A DNA stretch of 64,000 nt, taken from assembly GCA_014727915.1 (NCBI GenBank), contig WJMO01000011.1:1-64000 (forward strand), written 5' to 3'. Position 1 is the stretch's first letter. Every line of letters begins with the position of its first letter. This stretch comes from Candidatus Altiarchaeales archaeon (lineage in GTDB: Archaea; Altiarchaeota; Altiarchaeia; IMC4; SCGC-AAA252-I15). The translations under genes and the position numbers were made by a program. Below the pieces are notes generated by a model. The model worked only from the letters and a program-made list of their open reading frames with translations, had not been told where the DNA came from and did no database searches. This document shows positions 16,615 through 26,768 of this stretch, in pieces.

Positions 16615-17496
16615 ATGGCTGTCATCCTAGAGGCCGACCTGCCTTTGAAGCTGCACAACAGGGGGAAAGTCCGTGACATATACGACCTCGGTGACAGGCT
16701 GCTTATCATAGCATCAGACAGGATAAGCGCGTTCGACGTTGTACTGCCCAATGGAATACCGCGGAAAGGCGAGGTCCTGACGAAGCTCTCAGCCTACTGG
16801 TTCGACCGCATGGAAGATCTGGTGGAGAACCACATGGTATCCGTGGACGTGGGCGAATTCCCACCGGAGCTCCAGGAACACCGTGACGTCCTCGAGGGCA
16901 GGACCATGCTCGTCGAGAAGACCGAACCCCTGCCTATCGAATGCGTGGCCCGCGGCTACCTCGCAGGCTCCGGGTGGAAGGAATACCAGGAGTCCAAGAC
17001 AGTCTGCGGTATCGAACTGCCCGACGGCCTCAAAGAGTCCGACAAGCTCCCGGAGGTCATATTCACTCCAGCCACGAAGGCGGAATCCGGCCATGACATG
17101 AACATAAGCTATGAGAAGGCCGCGGGGATAGTCGGCGAGGAGGTCGCAGAGAAGGTCCGAGACCTGACAGTCCGGATATACAAGAAGGCCGCGGAGGAGA
17201 TGGAAGAGAAGGGGATAATCCTATGTGACACCAAATTCGAGTTCGGCCTGAGGGACGGGGAGATAATATTCATAGACGAGGCATTAACGCCTGACTCCTC
17301 ACGGTTCTGGCCTAAAGACGGCTACGAGCCCGGGAGGCCCCAGAAGAGCTTTGACAAACAATACGTGCGCGACTACCTTGAGACCTTGGACTGGGACAAG
17401 ACACCGCCCGGCCCCGAGCTCCCCGAGGAGGTCGTGGCCGAGACCAGCCGCAAATACGTCGAAGCATACAAGCGCATAACAGCCAGGGACCTGTAA
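16615..17496 (+). CDS. purC: SAICAR synthase
   Basis: [53 protein letters not shown] and [10 protein letters not shown] motifs. Confidence 0.97.
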   Translation: MAVILEADLPLKLHNRGKVRDIYDLGDRLLIIASDRISAFDVVLPNGIPRKGEVLTKLSAYWFDRMEDLVENHMVSVDVGEFPPELQEHRDVLEGRTMLVEKTEPLPIECVARGYLAGSGWKEYQESKTVCGIELPDGLKESDKLPEVIFTPATKAESGHDMNISYEKAAGIVGEEVAEKVRDLTVRIYKKAAEEMEEKGIILCDTKFEFGLRDGEIIFIDEALTPDSSRFWPKDGYEPGRPQKSFDKQYVRDYLETLDWDKTPPGPELPEEVVAETSRKYVEAYKRITARDL

Positions 17497-17527
17497 AATA
17501 CTTATACGTCCACGACCATTCTCTAAC

Positions 17528-18481
17528 ATGGTGTTGGACAAGCTGCTGAATCCCAAGCTGCTGCGCTCCCATCCGGTATATGCGATACCCACTGGTTTCG
17601 CGTTCGTGGTACTCGGGTTCGTGTCCTCCAGGCTCATATTCTCCAGCCAGGTCAGCCTGGTCATGGTGGCTTTCAGCAGCCTACTCATGCTCCCATACGT
17701 GGTGAAGATATTCGAATACGACGAGTTGGACGTCGACATAGACGACACCAGCCAGGAGGAACTGGGCGAATGGGTCAAGAAATGCCTCAGGGACGGCTAC
17801 AGCCCCCAGCAGATAAAAGACAACCTCATACGGAACAACATAGACAAGCCATACGACCTATTCTACGACCTTGCAGGAGTCGACGAGGAATACGTGAAGC
17901 ACATGACCTCCACCAACGTGTTCACCAGGCATATGAGGACCATCGCATTCTACGTCTACCTCTTCCTCGGGAGCACGCTGGCTTTCATGCTGTTATTCGG
18001 CCTCTTGGATGACATGTCCGTGAAGGAAGCGTTCAGGAACCAGCTGGATGTCATCACACCCGGCCCTGGCGGCCACTTCACCGGGCAGAAGATGCTCGCG
18101 TCCATAGTCTCGAACAACCTGAAGATAACCCTCATATGCGTCCTCCTCTCGCTCATGTACGGTTCGGGTGCCATATTCATACTCACCTACAACGCATCCA
18201 TCGCCGGGGTCATGTATGGGACAATAATCCGCACACTCGTCTGGGGTGTGAACCCGCTATACAGCCGGTGGGGGTCCCTCATATTCTACCTACCCCACAC
18301 GACATTGGAGATATTCGCATACTTACTCGCAGCCATATCAGGGGGCATACTCTCCAAGGCGACGGTGGGCTCCCAGGAGGGGAGCATAAGGATCTGGTTG
18401 AAGGACGGGCTGATGTTGTTCGCAATGTCCTTGATATTGATATTCATAGCTGGGTGGATAGAAGTTCAGGTGCTACTCTAA
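17528..18481 (+). CDS. Stage II sporulation protein M (DUF95)-family membrane protein
   Basis: Multi-TM protein with NNLKI...G.GAIFILTYNAS..G, LPHTTLEIFAYLLAAISGG and a terminal AGWIEV. Confidence 0.75.
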   Translation: MVLDKLLNPKLLRSHPVYAIPTGFAFVVLGFVSSRLIFSSQVSLVMVAFSSLLMLPYVVKIFEYDELDVDIDDTSQEELGEWVKKCLRDGYSPQQIKDNLIRNNIDKPYDLFYDLAGVDEEYVKHMTSTNVFTRHMRTIAFYVYLFLGSTLAFMLLFGLLDDMSVKEAFRNQLDVITPGPGGHFTGQKMLASIVSNNLKITLICVLLSLMYGSGAIFILTYNASIAGVMYGTIIRTLVWGVNPLYSRWGSLIFYLPHTTLEIFAYLLAAISGGILSKATVGSQEGSIRIWLKDGLMLFAMSLILIFIAGWIEVQVLL

Positions 18482-18942
18482 TCCTCTATGTTCTCCACCA
18501 TATTATCGGGGGATACGTTAAGCGGATATTGGACGTGGTAGTCCTTCCCGGGGTTGGGGATCCAGTAGTTGTTCAGGTAGTCTGGAGTGGTCCATATGGT
18601 GGTGGTCGTGGTCGGAGGGGTCGTTGTGGTGGTCGTTGAGAGGGTGGTGGATGTGATCTTCGCTTGCTTCTCGCTGATCTTGTTGAAGAGCCTGTTGAAG
18701 GCTTCAGTTTGGGGGTCCAATGTGGTGGAGGTGACGGTCGTGACCGTCTTAAGCGTTGTCGTGGCGGTCGTGGACGTTGGAAGGGTCGTTGTGGCCGTCG
18801 TTGAAGTGGTCTCTGGCGTTGCCGTGGTCGTCGTGGGCCGGTGCTCGTAGACCGCTAGGGTCGTGGTGGAGCCGGAGCTGCCCCCCGTTGACATGCACCC
18901 GCAGGCCAACACCGTGAATATTATCCCGACAACCCATTTCAT
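18478..18942 (-). CDS. Thr-rich putative lipoprotein
   Basis: Signal peptide ending LACGC, followed by long poly-Thr tracts. Confidence 0.65.
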   Translation of the reverse strand: MKWVVGIIFTVLACGCMSTGGSSGSTTTLAVYEHRPTTTTATPETTSTTATTTLPTSTTATTTLKTVTTVTSTTLDPQTEAFNRLFNKISEKQAKITSTTLSTTTTTTPPTTTTTIWTTPDYLNNYWIPNPGKDYHVQYPLNVSPDNMVENIED

Positions 18943-19036
18943 CGCTGTATTTATATTCTAATCCTGGCATATATTTAATCCTTACCCGGGAGTTTGCTGT
19001 TTTCTGGACTGGTTAGGGGGGGATTCAGCTGAAAAA

Positions 19037-20551
19037 ATGAAGGCTGTGATACTAGCCGGGGGATTCGGCACGAGGCTCCGACCCCTCACATTCTCCAAGC
19101 CAAAACCACTTATACCCCTGCTCAACAGGCCCGTACTAGCCCATATACTCGATCACCTTAAAGCCCATGGGGTGGACGAGGTCGCCATAACCACAAACTA
19201 CCTCAGACAGCAGATCATGGACTACTTCGGCCGTGAATACTGCAATATCCGGCTCACCTACCCCTCCGAGGACTGGCCCATGGGCACGGCAGGCTGCGTG
19301 AAGAACATAGAAGACTACTTTGACGACACATTCATCGTCATGCAGGGGGACACGATAACGGACATGGACCTCTCCGCGTTGGTTAAGCAGCACAACTACT
19401 ACAGCGGCCTCTGCACCATAGGTTCAGTGCGGGTTAAGGACCCATGGAACTATGGTGTCATGGACTTGGACGATATGGGCAGGGTCAGGCAGTTCTTCGA
19501 GAAGCCCCTCATAGACGAGTGCACAACCGACCTCGTGAACACCGGAGTATATGTGATGGAGCCGGAGGCTCTTGAACACGTGCCCGCCAACACGTTCTTC
19601 GACTTCTCCAAGAACCTTTTTCCAATACTCTTGGAGAGACAGAGCCTGTTCGCAACCCTGATAGAGGGTTTCTGGATAGATGTCGGCAGGCCTGGAGGAT
19701 ACAACGCCGCGAAGAAGTGGATGATGTCACGTTTGCAGTCCAGCATATCGCCCGACTCCAACGTAGAAGGAAAGCTGGAGGGCCCTGTCGTCATAGGGGA
19801 AGGGGTTAACGTAGGGGCCCACACCCACATCATCGGCCCCGTCGTGTTGGGGGACAATGCGATGCTGGACCGGAAGACCGTTGTCGGCCCCTACACGGTC
19901 ATCGGTAACGCAGCCGAGATCGGCGAATACAGCCTACTGAACGGGGCAGTATTGTTCGAGAACGTCGCCCTCTCTTCATCTAACGAGGTGGCTAACAGCA
20001 TAGTAGCCGAGAACTGCAGGGTTGGAGTTGACAGCAGGATACAATCCGACGTTCTGATCGGCAGCAACTGCTATCTGAAGGATGGCGTTTCCATAGTCTT
20101 TGGGTCGCGACTCTGGCCCAACATGGAGATAAGCGGCCACTCACTTGTCAACGGCACCCTAAAACGTTTCGTAACAGTGAACGCCAGGCATGAGGACCCT
20201 GAATGGGTGCTTAGGAAGGTCACCTCCGAGGAGGCGTTCTACTTCAACAAGAAGGAGGGCAGTCATGTTTCCTACACCGGCCAGAGAGCCAGAAGCCTGC
20301 TGGAGTTCAACAACATACTGAAGGAGGTCGAAGCGTCCTCCTTGAATTATCACCTCCGGTCAGATGTCAACGACTTCCAACAATGGCTCGATGACATACT
20401 ATGCGACCCTATTCTGGCCCGGGACTTCGAGGGCATAAAGCAGGAGGTGTCTGTTGATGACAGAATGCTCGTACGTCAGATGATGATTGAAGCCACAACC
20501 AGGAGGCTCAACCAGCTTCTTAACGAGGTAAGGCCCAGGGGCTACGCATAA
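19037..20551 (+). CDS. NDP-sugar synthase (mannose-1-phosphate guanylyltransferase-like) with hexapeptide repeats and a C-terminal DUF5752-like domain
   Basis: LAGGFGTRLRPLT..KPKPL, GTAG, EKP and WIDVG motifs, then a left-handed beta-helix. The tail reads AFYF...ARSLLEF...SLNYHL...NDFQQWL. Confidence 0.88.
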   Translation: MKAVILAGGFGTRLRPLTFSKPKPLIPLLNRPVLAHILDHLKAHGVDEVAITTNYLRQQIMDYFGREYCNIRLTYPSEDWPMGTAGCVKNIEDYFDDTFIVMQGDTITDMDLSALVKQHNYYSGLCTIGSVRVKDPWNYGVMDLDDMGRVRQFFEKPLIDECTTDLVNTGVYVMEPEALEHVPANTFFDFSKNLFPILLERQSLFATLIEGFWIDVGRPGGYNAAKKWMMSRLQSSISPDSNVEGKLEGPVVIGEGVNVGAHTHIIGPVVLGDNAMLDRKTVVGPYTVIGNAAEIGEYSLLNGAVLFENVALSSSNEVANSIVAENCRVGVDSRIQSDVLIGSNCYLKDGVSIVFGSRLWPNMEISGHSLVNGTLKRFVTVNARHEDPEWVLRKVTSEEAFYFNKKEGSHVSYTGQRARSLLEFNNILKEVEASSLNYHLRSDVNDFQQWLDDILCDPILARDFEGIKQEVSVDDRMLVRQMMIEATTRRLNQLLNEVRPRGYA

Positions 20552-20557
20552 AACAGG

Positions 20558-21991
20558 TCATCTGAGATATTCTATGAGCTCTCCTATGAGCACCCTATCC
20601 TGCTTCTTGCTGTCACGATCCCTAACAGTAACCGAGTCATCCTCCAGGGTCTCATAGTCCACTGTAATGCAGTAGGGGACTCCTATCTCGTCGGCCCTCG
20701 CATACCTCTTCCCGATGCTACCGCTGTGGTCTATGAAAGTGAAAAAACCCGCTTCCCTGACTTTTCCGAAAACCTCTTCGGTCTTCTCCGGCACACCGTC
20801 CTTCTTCACCAGCGAGTATACCCCCACGGTATATGGTGCTATCTTCTTCGGAAAGCTGAAATATGTCCTGTCATCATCTTCCCTGAAGCAGCTCTCAAGG
20901 ACGCAGTAGAAAGGCCGGTCTATCCCGTAGGCGACCTCCATCACATGAGGTATGAACTTCCTCCCCTCTAAGCTGACTTTCATGTCCTCCCCGCTGTGCT
21001 TCATATGCTGGCCGAGGTCGTAGTCTGTCCTGTCTGCTATCCCGACCAGCTCTATCCTCCCGAATGAATCGCTCGCGAACTCCACATCCCACGTGTCGCT
21101 GCTGTAGAATGCGCGCTCGTCCTCCCTGTGCTGCCGCAGCTGAAGCCGTTTAGGGTCCAATCCCATGTCCTCGAACACCCTCAAAGCCTTGCCCAACTGG
21201 TAGGCGAGGAACGGTATCCTTATCACTCCCCTCTCGCAGGCCTCCCCTATCGTCATCTCAAGGACGTTATCGTCCTTGTCCGTTATCCTGACCTTCCTAT
21301 CAGCGACCTCCCCGAACCTGGGAGCGGACTTGTCATCGGGGTCCATGAAGAACTGTATCTCCGCCTGGTTGAACTCCCTCAACCTTATCATGCCCTGCCT
21401 GGGCGATATCTCATTCCTGAACGAATGGCCTATCTGTATTGCCCCGAAGGGCAGTTTCCTCCTCGCGTACTCCCAGAGCCTCCGGAAACCTAGGTAGGTG
21501 GACTGGGCGGTCTCAGGCCTGAGATACCCTGTCCTCTTGCCCTTCCCAGTGCCAATGGTGGTCTGGAACATAAGATTGTACTCGTAGGGCTCGCCGAAAC
21601 CTCCCTTGCACTCCGGGCAGGTGATCCCACGTTCCTTCAGGAGGGCGTCCACCTCCTCAGCGGGCTTGCCCTCCGCTTCGACACCCACCTCCTCCAGGAG
21701 CTTATCGGCCCTGTAGCACTCATGGCATCTGTTGCATTCTACCATCAGATCAGCGAAGCTGTCCACGTGGCCGGATGCTACCCACACCTCCTCAGGGCTC
21801 AGGGTAGGGCACTGGACCTCGAAGCATCCCTCGCCTATGACATAATGCCTCCTTAGCAGGTCCTCGATATTCTGCTTTATCCTGGAGCCTATGGGACCAT
21901 AGTCGACGAAACCGCTGACTCCCCTGTATATCTCAAAGGACGGGTAGGCTATCCCCCTCCTCTTCGAAACGTCCATTATCCTGTCTTGCAT
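20558..21991 (-). CDS. glyS: Glycine--tRNA ligase (archaeal/eukaryotic alpha2 type)
   Basis: DYGPIG, ASGHVDSFAD, YLRPETAQ, SFRNEISPRQGMIRLREFNQAEIQFF and SIGKRYARADEIGVPY motifs. Confidence 0.96.
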   Translation of the reverse strand: MQDRIMDVSKRRGIAYPSFEIYRGVSGFVDYGPIGSRIKQNIEDLLRRHYVIGEGCFEVQCPTLSPEEVWVASGHVDSFADLMVECNRCHECYRADKLLEEVGVEAEGKPAEEVDALLKERGITCPECKGGFGEPYEYNLMFQTTIGTGKGKRTGYLRPETAQSTYLGFRRLWEYARRKLPFGAIQIGHSFRNEISPRQGMIRLREFNQAEIQFFMDPDDKSAPRFGEVADRKVRITDKDDNVLEMTIGEACERGVIRIPFLAYQLGKALRVFEDMGLDPKRLQLRQHREDERAFYSSDTWDVEFASDSFGRIELVGIADRTDYDLGQHMKHSGEDMKVSLEGRKFIPHVMEVAYGIDRPFYCVLESCFREDDDRTYFSFPKKIAPYTVGVYSLVKKDGVPEKTEEVFGKVREAGFFTFIDHSGSIGKRYARADEIGVPYCITVDYETLEDDSVTVRDRDSKKQDRVLIGELIEYLR

Positions 21992-21992
21992 A

Positions 21993-23837
21993 CTAATCTA
22001 CCCTTGTCCTCTCTTCCTCTATGAGCTTCCTAAGCTCGTCCTCGACCTTGGTCTTGGTCTCAGAGTCCCTTCTGATGGCCCACTCCTCGTCACGCCTCCT
22101 GACCCTCTCAGCCTCCTCCATCTTCTTCTTCCTGAATTCGGTCTCCATCACACGCCTCCTGCTGAGTATCTGGAATATAAGGACTCCAGTGACGATAAGT
22201 ATGACCGCACCCACTATGACGGCGTTCCTGAACTCTATGTCCTGCTGCCTGACTTTCTCCCTTGACTCCTTTATGATCCCGTCAGTGCGGGTTATTCCCA
22301 AGCTGTAATTGATCTCAACGTATATGTTATTGGCGCTCTCCGCCCATGGAAGCGCGTTCCGGTAATCTGATGTGTCATAGTATCCTTGTGCCTTGCTGTA
22401 GTAGCCGTTGGCTTCATCCAACTTTTCAGCTCCTTCCGTGATCTTAGCCATGAGCTCCTCCACATTGGCTGTGCTCTCCTCGTCCCGTATGTCCATGTAG
22501 ATCTTCTTGGACTTTGAAGCGTCCATCATAGCAGAATCAAAGTCCGCTACATTATAGTAGGCTATCGCATTCTGCAGGTACATGTGGGCGTCATCCCTCT
22601 GTTTCGTCCTCAGGTTTATCTGATTGATGAAGGAGTCGACCTTGGACAGGCATACGTAGTTCTTAAGCTGGTCGCATATCTCCCGGGCCTTGTTGGCGTA
22701 GGCTTTCGCGTTTATCATCTGATTCTCCAAGTACATCTCCTGGCTGTTCTTGTAGTATTCCTCAGCGATCTGCAGCATCCTCTCCCTACCGCAGGTGTCC
22801 TGTATGTCGGACAGCAGAGCGTTGACCTCGCTCACATATGCCCAGTACCTCTTCATGTTGATCTGCTTGTCCGGCGGGAGCCTCCACTCCATGTTATATG
22901 CTTCATTGTAGAAGTCCATGTAAATGGACTTGGCCTTGTTCGCCCGGTCCGTCGCATTCAGGCATTCATTCTCCATTATGGCGAATCTCTTAGCCTCCTC
23001 ATAGAGGCTCTGCGCCTCCCTCATCCTCTGCTCCTTCGTGTCGTCTATAACCTCCCTGCACCTTGACGCCAGCAACGTCGCGGTCGACATCCCCTCCTTG
23101 TCGTCTATTGACGTATAGAGGTTCTGTGCGTCTGCGGCGTATTCAACGCACCGCTGGTTATCCCCGGAGGCGTGGAATTTGATGGCGTCATCATACGCTG
23201 CCTTGGCCTGCATCCTTATGCTGCTCATCTTGTTGTTTATGCTGGTAAGCAGGGATGCTGAGTTGCTCACTCCCGCCTCATAGGGGCAGCTGTGGTATTT
23301 CTCACTCGCATTCAGAGCATAGTTCTTGGCTGACACGTAGAAATCCGATAGGAAGGCGTCCTGGGCCAGCTGGTAGAACTCATCACCAACCCTGATGCAT
23401 TCAACCATCTCCTTGTTCATCTGCGCCCTTGCGCGGGTGATCAGGTCCTCAGTTATCAAGACGTTCGTGTTGTCCCCCAGGTTCTGGTAGATGAGCTTCG
23501 CCCTCTCGGCGAACTCGACAGACTTCTGAAGGTTATCATACCCGCCCTGCAGGAAATAGTCGTTTGCTATGCTCTTATAAGTCGAAGCCAGCTGGTTACC
23601 CGACAGCAGGGATTCTATGTTGTTTATCATGCTGTCGCATTTCTCGACACCCCAGGAGTTATCCACCTGCTCGTACACCTCACGCGCCCTGTATACCGTG
23701 TTCAAAGCGTTCTTATAGTCTCCTGACTGGTAGTATATCTCGGCCGACTTATAAAAGCTGTCCGCCTCTATGTTGCTCGCCGCAGCCGCAAGACCCGACA
23801 AAACAACCAAAACCGCCAAGATAGCCTCCGCCCTCAT
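21993..23837 (-). CDS. Secreted TPR-like helical-repeat protein with C-terminal TM and charged tail
   Basis: Signal peptide, repeated A..YY..A..YY...DY..A...A..A..IY motif, TM AVIVGAVILIVTGVLIF and a coiled-coil tail. Confidence 0.7.
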   Translation of the reverse strand: MRAEAILAVLVVLSGLAAAASNIEADSFYKSAEIYYQSGDYKNALNTVYRAREVYEQVDNSWGVEKCDSMINNIESLLSGNQLASTYKSIANDYFLQGGYDNLQKSVEFAERAKLIYQNLGDNTNVLITEDLITRARAQMNKEMVECIRVGDEFYQLAQDAFLSDFYVSAKNYALNASEKYHSCPYEAGVSNSASLLTSINNKMSSIRMQAKAAYDDAIKFHASGDNQRCVEYAADAQNLYTSIDDKEGMSTATLLASRCREVIDDTKEQRMREAQSLYEEAKRFAIMENECLNATDRANKAKSIYMDFYNEAYNMEWRLPPDKQINMKRYWAYVSEVNALLSDIQDTCGRERMLQIAEEYYKNSQEMYLENQMINAKAYANKAREICDQLKNYVCLSKVDSFINQINLRTKQRDDAHMYLQNAIAYYNVADFDSAMMDASKSKKIYMDIRDEESTANVEELMAKITEGAEKLDEANGYYSKAQGYYDTSDYRNALPWAESANNIYVEINYSLGITRTDGIIKESREKVRQQDIEFRNAVIVGAVILIVTGVLIFQILSRRRVMETEFRKKKMEEAERVRRRDEEWAIRRDSETKTKVEDELRKLIEEERTRVD

Positions 23838-23838
23838 G

Positions 23839-25722
23839 CTACTTCACCTCGTCGAAATCGTCCAGGTCATCCATACCCATCATATCCTCCTCGAAGCTTC
23901 CCGAACGCTGCATAGAATCGTCTATCGTCTCCACACCCTCGGACCTCCTCTTGACGAGCAAAAGTATCACGATAACAGCCAACACACCTATCACTATGTA
24001 AAGCATCCTATTCGGCTTCTCAGGCTCTGGGAGCGTGGATGATGTGCTCTTGGGCAGCGTGCTCAGATATTGCGGGTACTCCAGCTGCTTCTCCACCTGC
24101 AGCAGCAGCAGCTCGCATTTGACCTCCCCCTCACGGTCCCCGTTCGACTTGTAGATGTCCATCGCCTTCTCAGCCAATGTCTTAGCAGAGGCGTAATCGC
24201 CCGAGAAGAACGCATCCTGTGCCCTCGAGTACATTATGTTGGCCGCTTCTAGGCTGTCCTCCTGCAGCAGCCCCTCAATCAACGTTATCAGCCTCTCCGA
24301 ATCGACCTGTCCCTTCTCATACCCGACCTCTATATACAGGTTCTTGGCTTCGCGGAAGTACTCCAGTGCACTCTCATAGTCTGATGTGATGTAAGCCTCC
24401 TGCCCCAGGTTGTATGCAGTATCCGCCCTCCTGCGGATGTTATACGTCTCGTTGACCATGAACGCCATGATCCTGGGCTCGTTGGAGACCACCACAACCT
24501 CGTCCACGAGGTCTCCGAATATGTTGCCCGACGCCACCTTCATCAGCGGGACTCCCGTGTTATGCCGCCACTTGAAGTTGCCAGAAAGGTCCAGCAGGTA
24601 TACAGTACCGCTCAACACCGAGACCAGAAGGTCCTCCACCTGGTCGTTGTCAACGTCCTTTATGAACAGCTGGCTGGGCTCCCCGTCCAACGGGTAATCC
24701 CAGATCGGCATTCCATTATGGTCGAGCGCGTATAGCTTGTTGTCTGAGCAGGCGACCAGCATCTCATCTAAGTCGTCGGTGTCCAAGTCCACCATGACAA
24801 TGTCATTAACCGTGCATTTGAGGTCGGCGGTCCATTGCACCGAGCTTTTAATCTTGATGTTTTCATTCGTGCTGGCTACGATTTCCGTGGTCTTCACAGC
24901 GATAATCCTCTCCGAATCGGTGACAACCAGTATGTCAGGGAATCCAGTGTCCGTCAACTTGCCGATGAGTATCCGGCGTATCCCCTTCTTCAGCTTGGGC
25001 AGGTCTGGTTCGACGTCAACCTGTGTCATCAACCGCCCGTTATAGTTTATGAAATACAGCTGGTCGCTGCCTGCGATAATGTCTTTTCTACCGTTCGAGT
25101 CCATGTCATACATGTTCACAGCCATGACCGGGATGTCCAACAGACCGTCGCCCTTGTCGGGGTAGTTCCATATTCGCTCACCATAGCTCCTGAAGAGATA
25201 CACTCGCCCGTCAGACCCCCCCACAACCTCATAGTACTTGTCCCCCTCCACATCGTCTATGTGGATGTCGTTCAAGACCGCGGTAGAATCGAACTTCCGC
25301 TTCAGATTACCTCTGCTGTCGAGTATCCTTATGCTTCCCCTGTGGATCTGGGGTGTGCCGAGTATCTGCCCGCTCGACAGTATGATCTCGTATCTCTGGT
25401 CCCGGTCCAGGTCGAATACCATCGCATCCTTTATCACGTCATCCACGCCGTAATGCCACATCTTCGTCCCGTTCTTCGTGTAAACTGAGACGTGGTTCTT
25501 GTTCTTTATGTTCCTCGTTCCAGCGCTACCAGAAGTCACGACGCACACGTCTTCGAAGCCGTCGCCGTCCACGTCCACCACGGAGTTCAGGACGACAGAA
25601 ACCCGCTCATCCAATCCGGTCACAGGATAGTCCTCCCATAGCGGGGAAAGAACAGTGGGCTCCTCGGCTGCCGCCGATATGGAAATCAAAAAAACCAGGA
25701 GAAAAACCCATGCTACTCTCAT
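23839..25722 (-). CDS. Secreted FG-GAP-like beta-propeller + TPR-like repeats + TM anchor
   Basis: Signal peptide, DxDxDGxxD/E repeats with W.Y blades, two TPR-like units and a C-terminal TM. Confidence 0.7.
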   Translation of the reverse strand: MRVAWVFLLVFLISISAAAEEPTVLSPLWEDYPVTGLDERVSVVLNSVVDVDGDGFEDVCVVTSGSAGTRNIKNKNHVSVYTKNGTKMWHYGVDDVIKDAMVFDLDRDQRYEIILSSGQILGTPQIHRGSIRILDSRGNLKRKFDSTAVLNDIHIDDVEGDKYYEVVGGSDGRVYLFRSYGERIWNYPDKGDGLLDIPVMAVNMYDMDSNGRKDIIAGSDQLYFINYNGRLMTQVDVEPDLPKLKKGIRRILIGKLTDTGFPDILVVTDSERIIAVKTTEIVASTNENIKIKSSVQWTADLKCTVNDIVMVDLDTDDLDEMLVACSDNKLYALDHNGMPIWDYPLDGEPSQLFIKDVDNDQVEDLLVSVLSGTVYLLDLSGNFKWRHNTGVPLMKVASGNIFGDLVDEVVVVSNEPRIMAFMVNETYNIRRRADTAYNLGQEAYITSDYESALEYFREAKNLYIEVGYEKGQVDSERLITLIEGLLQEDSLEAANIMYSRAQDAFFSGDYASAKTLAEKAMDIYKSNGDREGEVKCELLLLQVEKQLEYPQYLSTLPKSTSSTLPEPEKPNRMLYIVIGVLAVIVILLLVKRRSEGVETIDDSMQRSGSFEEDMMGMDDLDDFDEVK

Positions 25723-25754
25723 CCTAGATAATTGAGAACACACGATTATAAGCG

Positions 25755-26705
25755 TTATTCGGGCCTGTAGAACTCTGCCGCGTCCTCCGGAGCCATCGTA
25801 TTTATTATTATCTCCGAACCCAGTTCGAAGCCAGCCCAGTTGGACAGCCTGGGCAGCAATTCTACATGCAGGTGAAGGTCCGCCCCTCTGGGGTTGACGT
25901 GGAAGTAAAGGTTATACGGTGGGTCGTTAAGTCCGTCCCTCAGCTTCTCAAGCAGGAGCTTAAACGCAGAGGCCATGCTATGGCGCTCCTCGTCTGAAAG
26001 GTCTCCCAGATCGTGAACATGCCTCTTAGGCACTATCCACGCCTCCATCGGGCTTCTCGACGCGTAGGGTGTGAACACTGCCATGTGATAGTCTTCCCAC
26101 ACCTTCCTCGGACCTCCCACCTCCTTCTTCCAGGCGTCGCATAGGGGGCAGGAACCGTTCAACGTCTTATACCTCTCAACCGCCTCAGCCTCCTCCTTGA
26201 CAAGCCTGGGGACCACAGGGGTCGAGATGATCTGGGTGTGGGTGTGTGAGAGGGAAGCCCCGGCCTTTCTGCCGTGGTTCTTGAAAACGAGAGCGTATCT
26301 GACCCTGGGGTCCGATAGCATATGCTCCACTCTCTCATTGTACACTGATAGCACATGGCTTATCCTCTCTATCGAAAGGTCGGAGACCGACTTGCTGTGG
26401 GCCGGGTTCTCAACCACGATCTCATGGTATCCGTAGGCTGGCATGAGCTCGTCCGAACCCTCCTCCTCTTCGGTCGTCACTGCAGGGTACTTGTTGGGGA
26501 ACACCCGGATGACCCAGTGACCGTCCTCCTCCACCCTGCTTATCTCAGCGGGTGTCATCTCCTCGTTCCCAGGGCAGAAAAAGCACGTCTTGCCATCTTC
26601 CTCCGGAGCGGGGTCCCTCTTGAAGTCGCTCGGCCTCTTACCCCTCCCAACTGCGATTATGACTCTCCGGTCGAGGAAGTAGTCTTTCCTCAACTCGTTC
26701 TCCAT
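25755..26705 (-). CDS. galT: Galactose-1-phosphate uridylyltransferase
   Basis: RGKRP, CFFCPGNE, VFPNKYPA, GYHEIVVE and FKNHG..AGASLSHTHTQ (HxHxQ) motifs. Confidence 0.93.
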   Translation of the reverse strand: MENELRKDYFLDRRVIIAVGRGKRPSDFKRDPAPEEDGKTCFFCPGNEEMTPAEISRVEEDGHWVIRVFPNKYPAVTTEEEEGSDELMPAYGYHEIVVENPAHSKSVSDLSIERISHVLSVYNERVEHMLSDPRVRYALVFKNHGRKAGASLSHTHTQIISTPVVPRLVKEEAEAVERYKTLNGSCPLCDAWKKEVGGPRKVWEDYHMAVFTPYASRSPMEAWIVPKRHVHDLGDLSDEERHSMASAFKLLLEKLRDGLNDPPYNLYFHVNPRGADLHLHVELLPRLSNWAGFELGSEIIINTMAPEDAAEFYRPE

Positions 26706-26768
26706 GGGAGAGAATGTGATTACAGGCATTTAAACCAGATTTAAGCAGGTAAATCCAGTACTTCTAAC

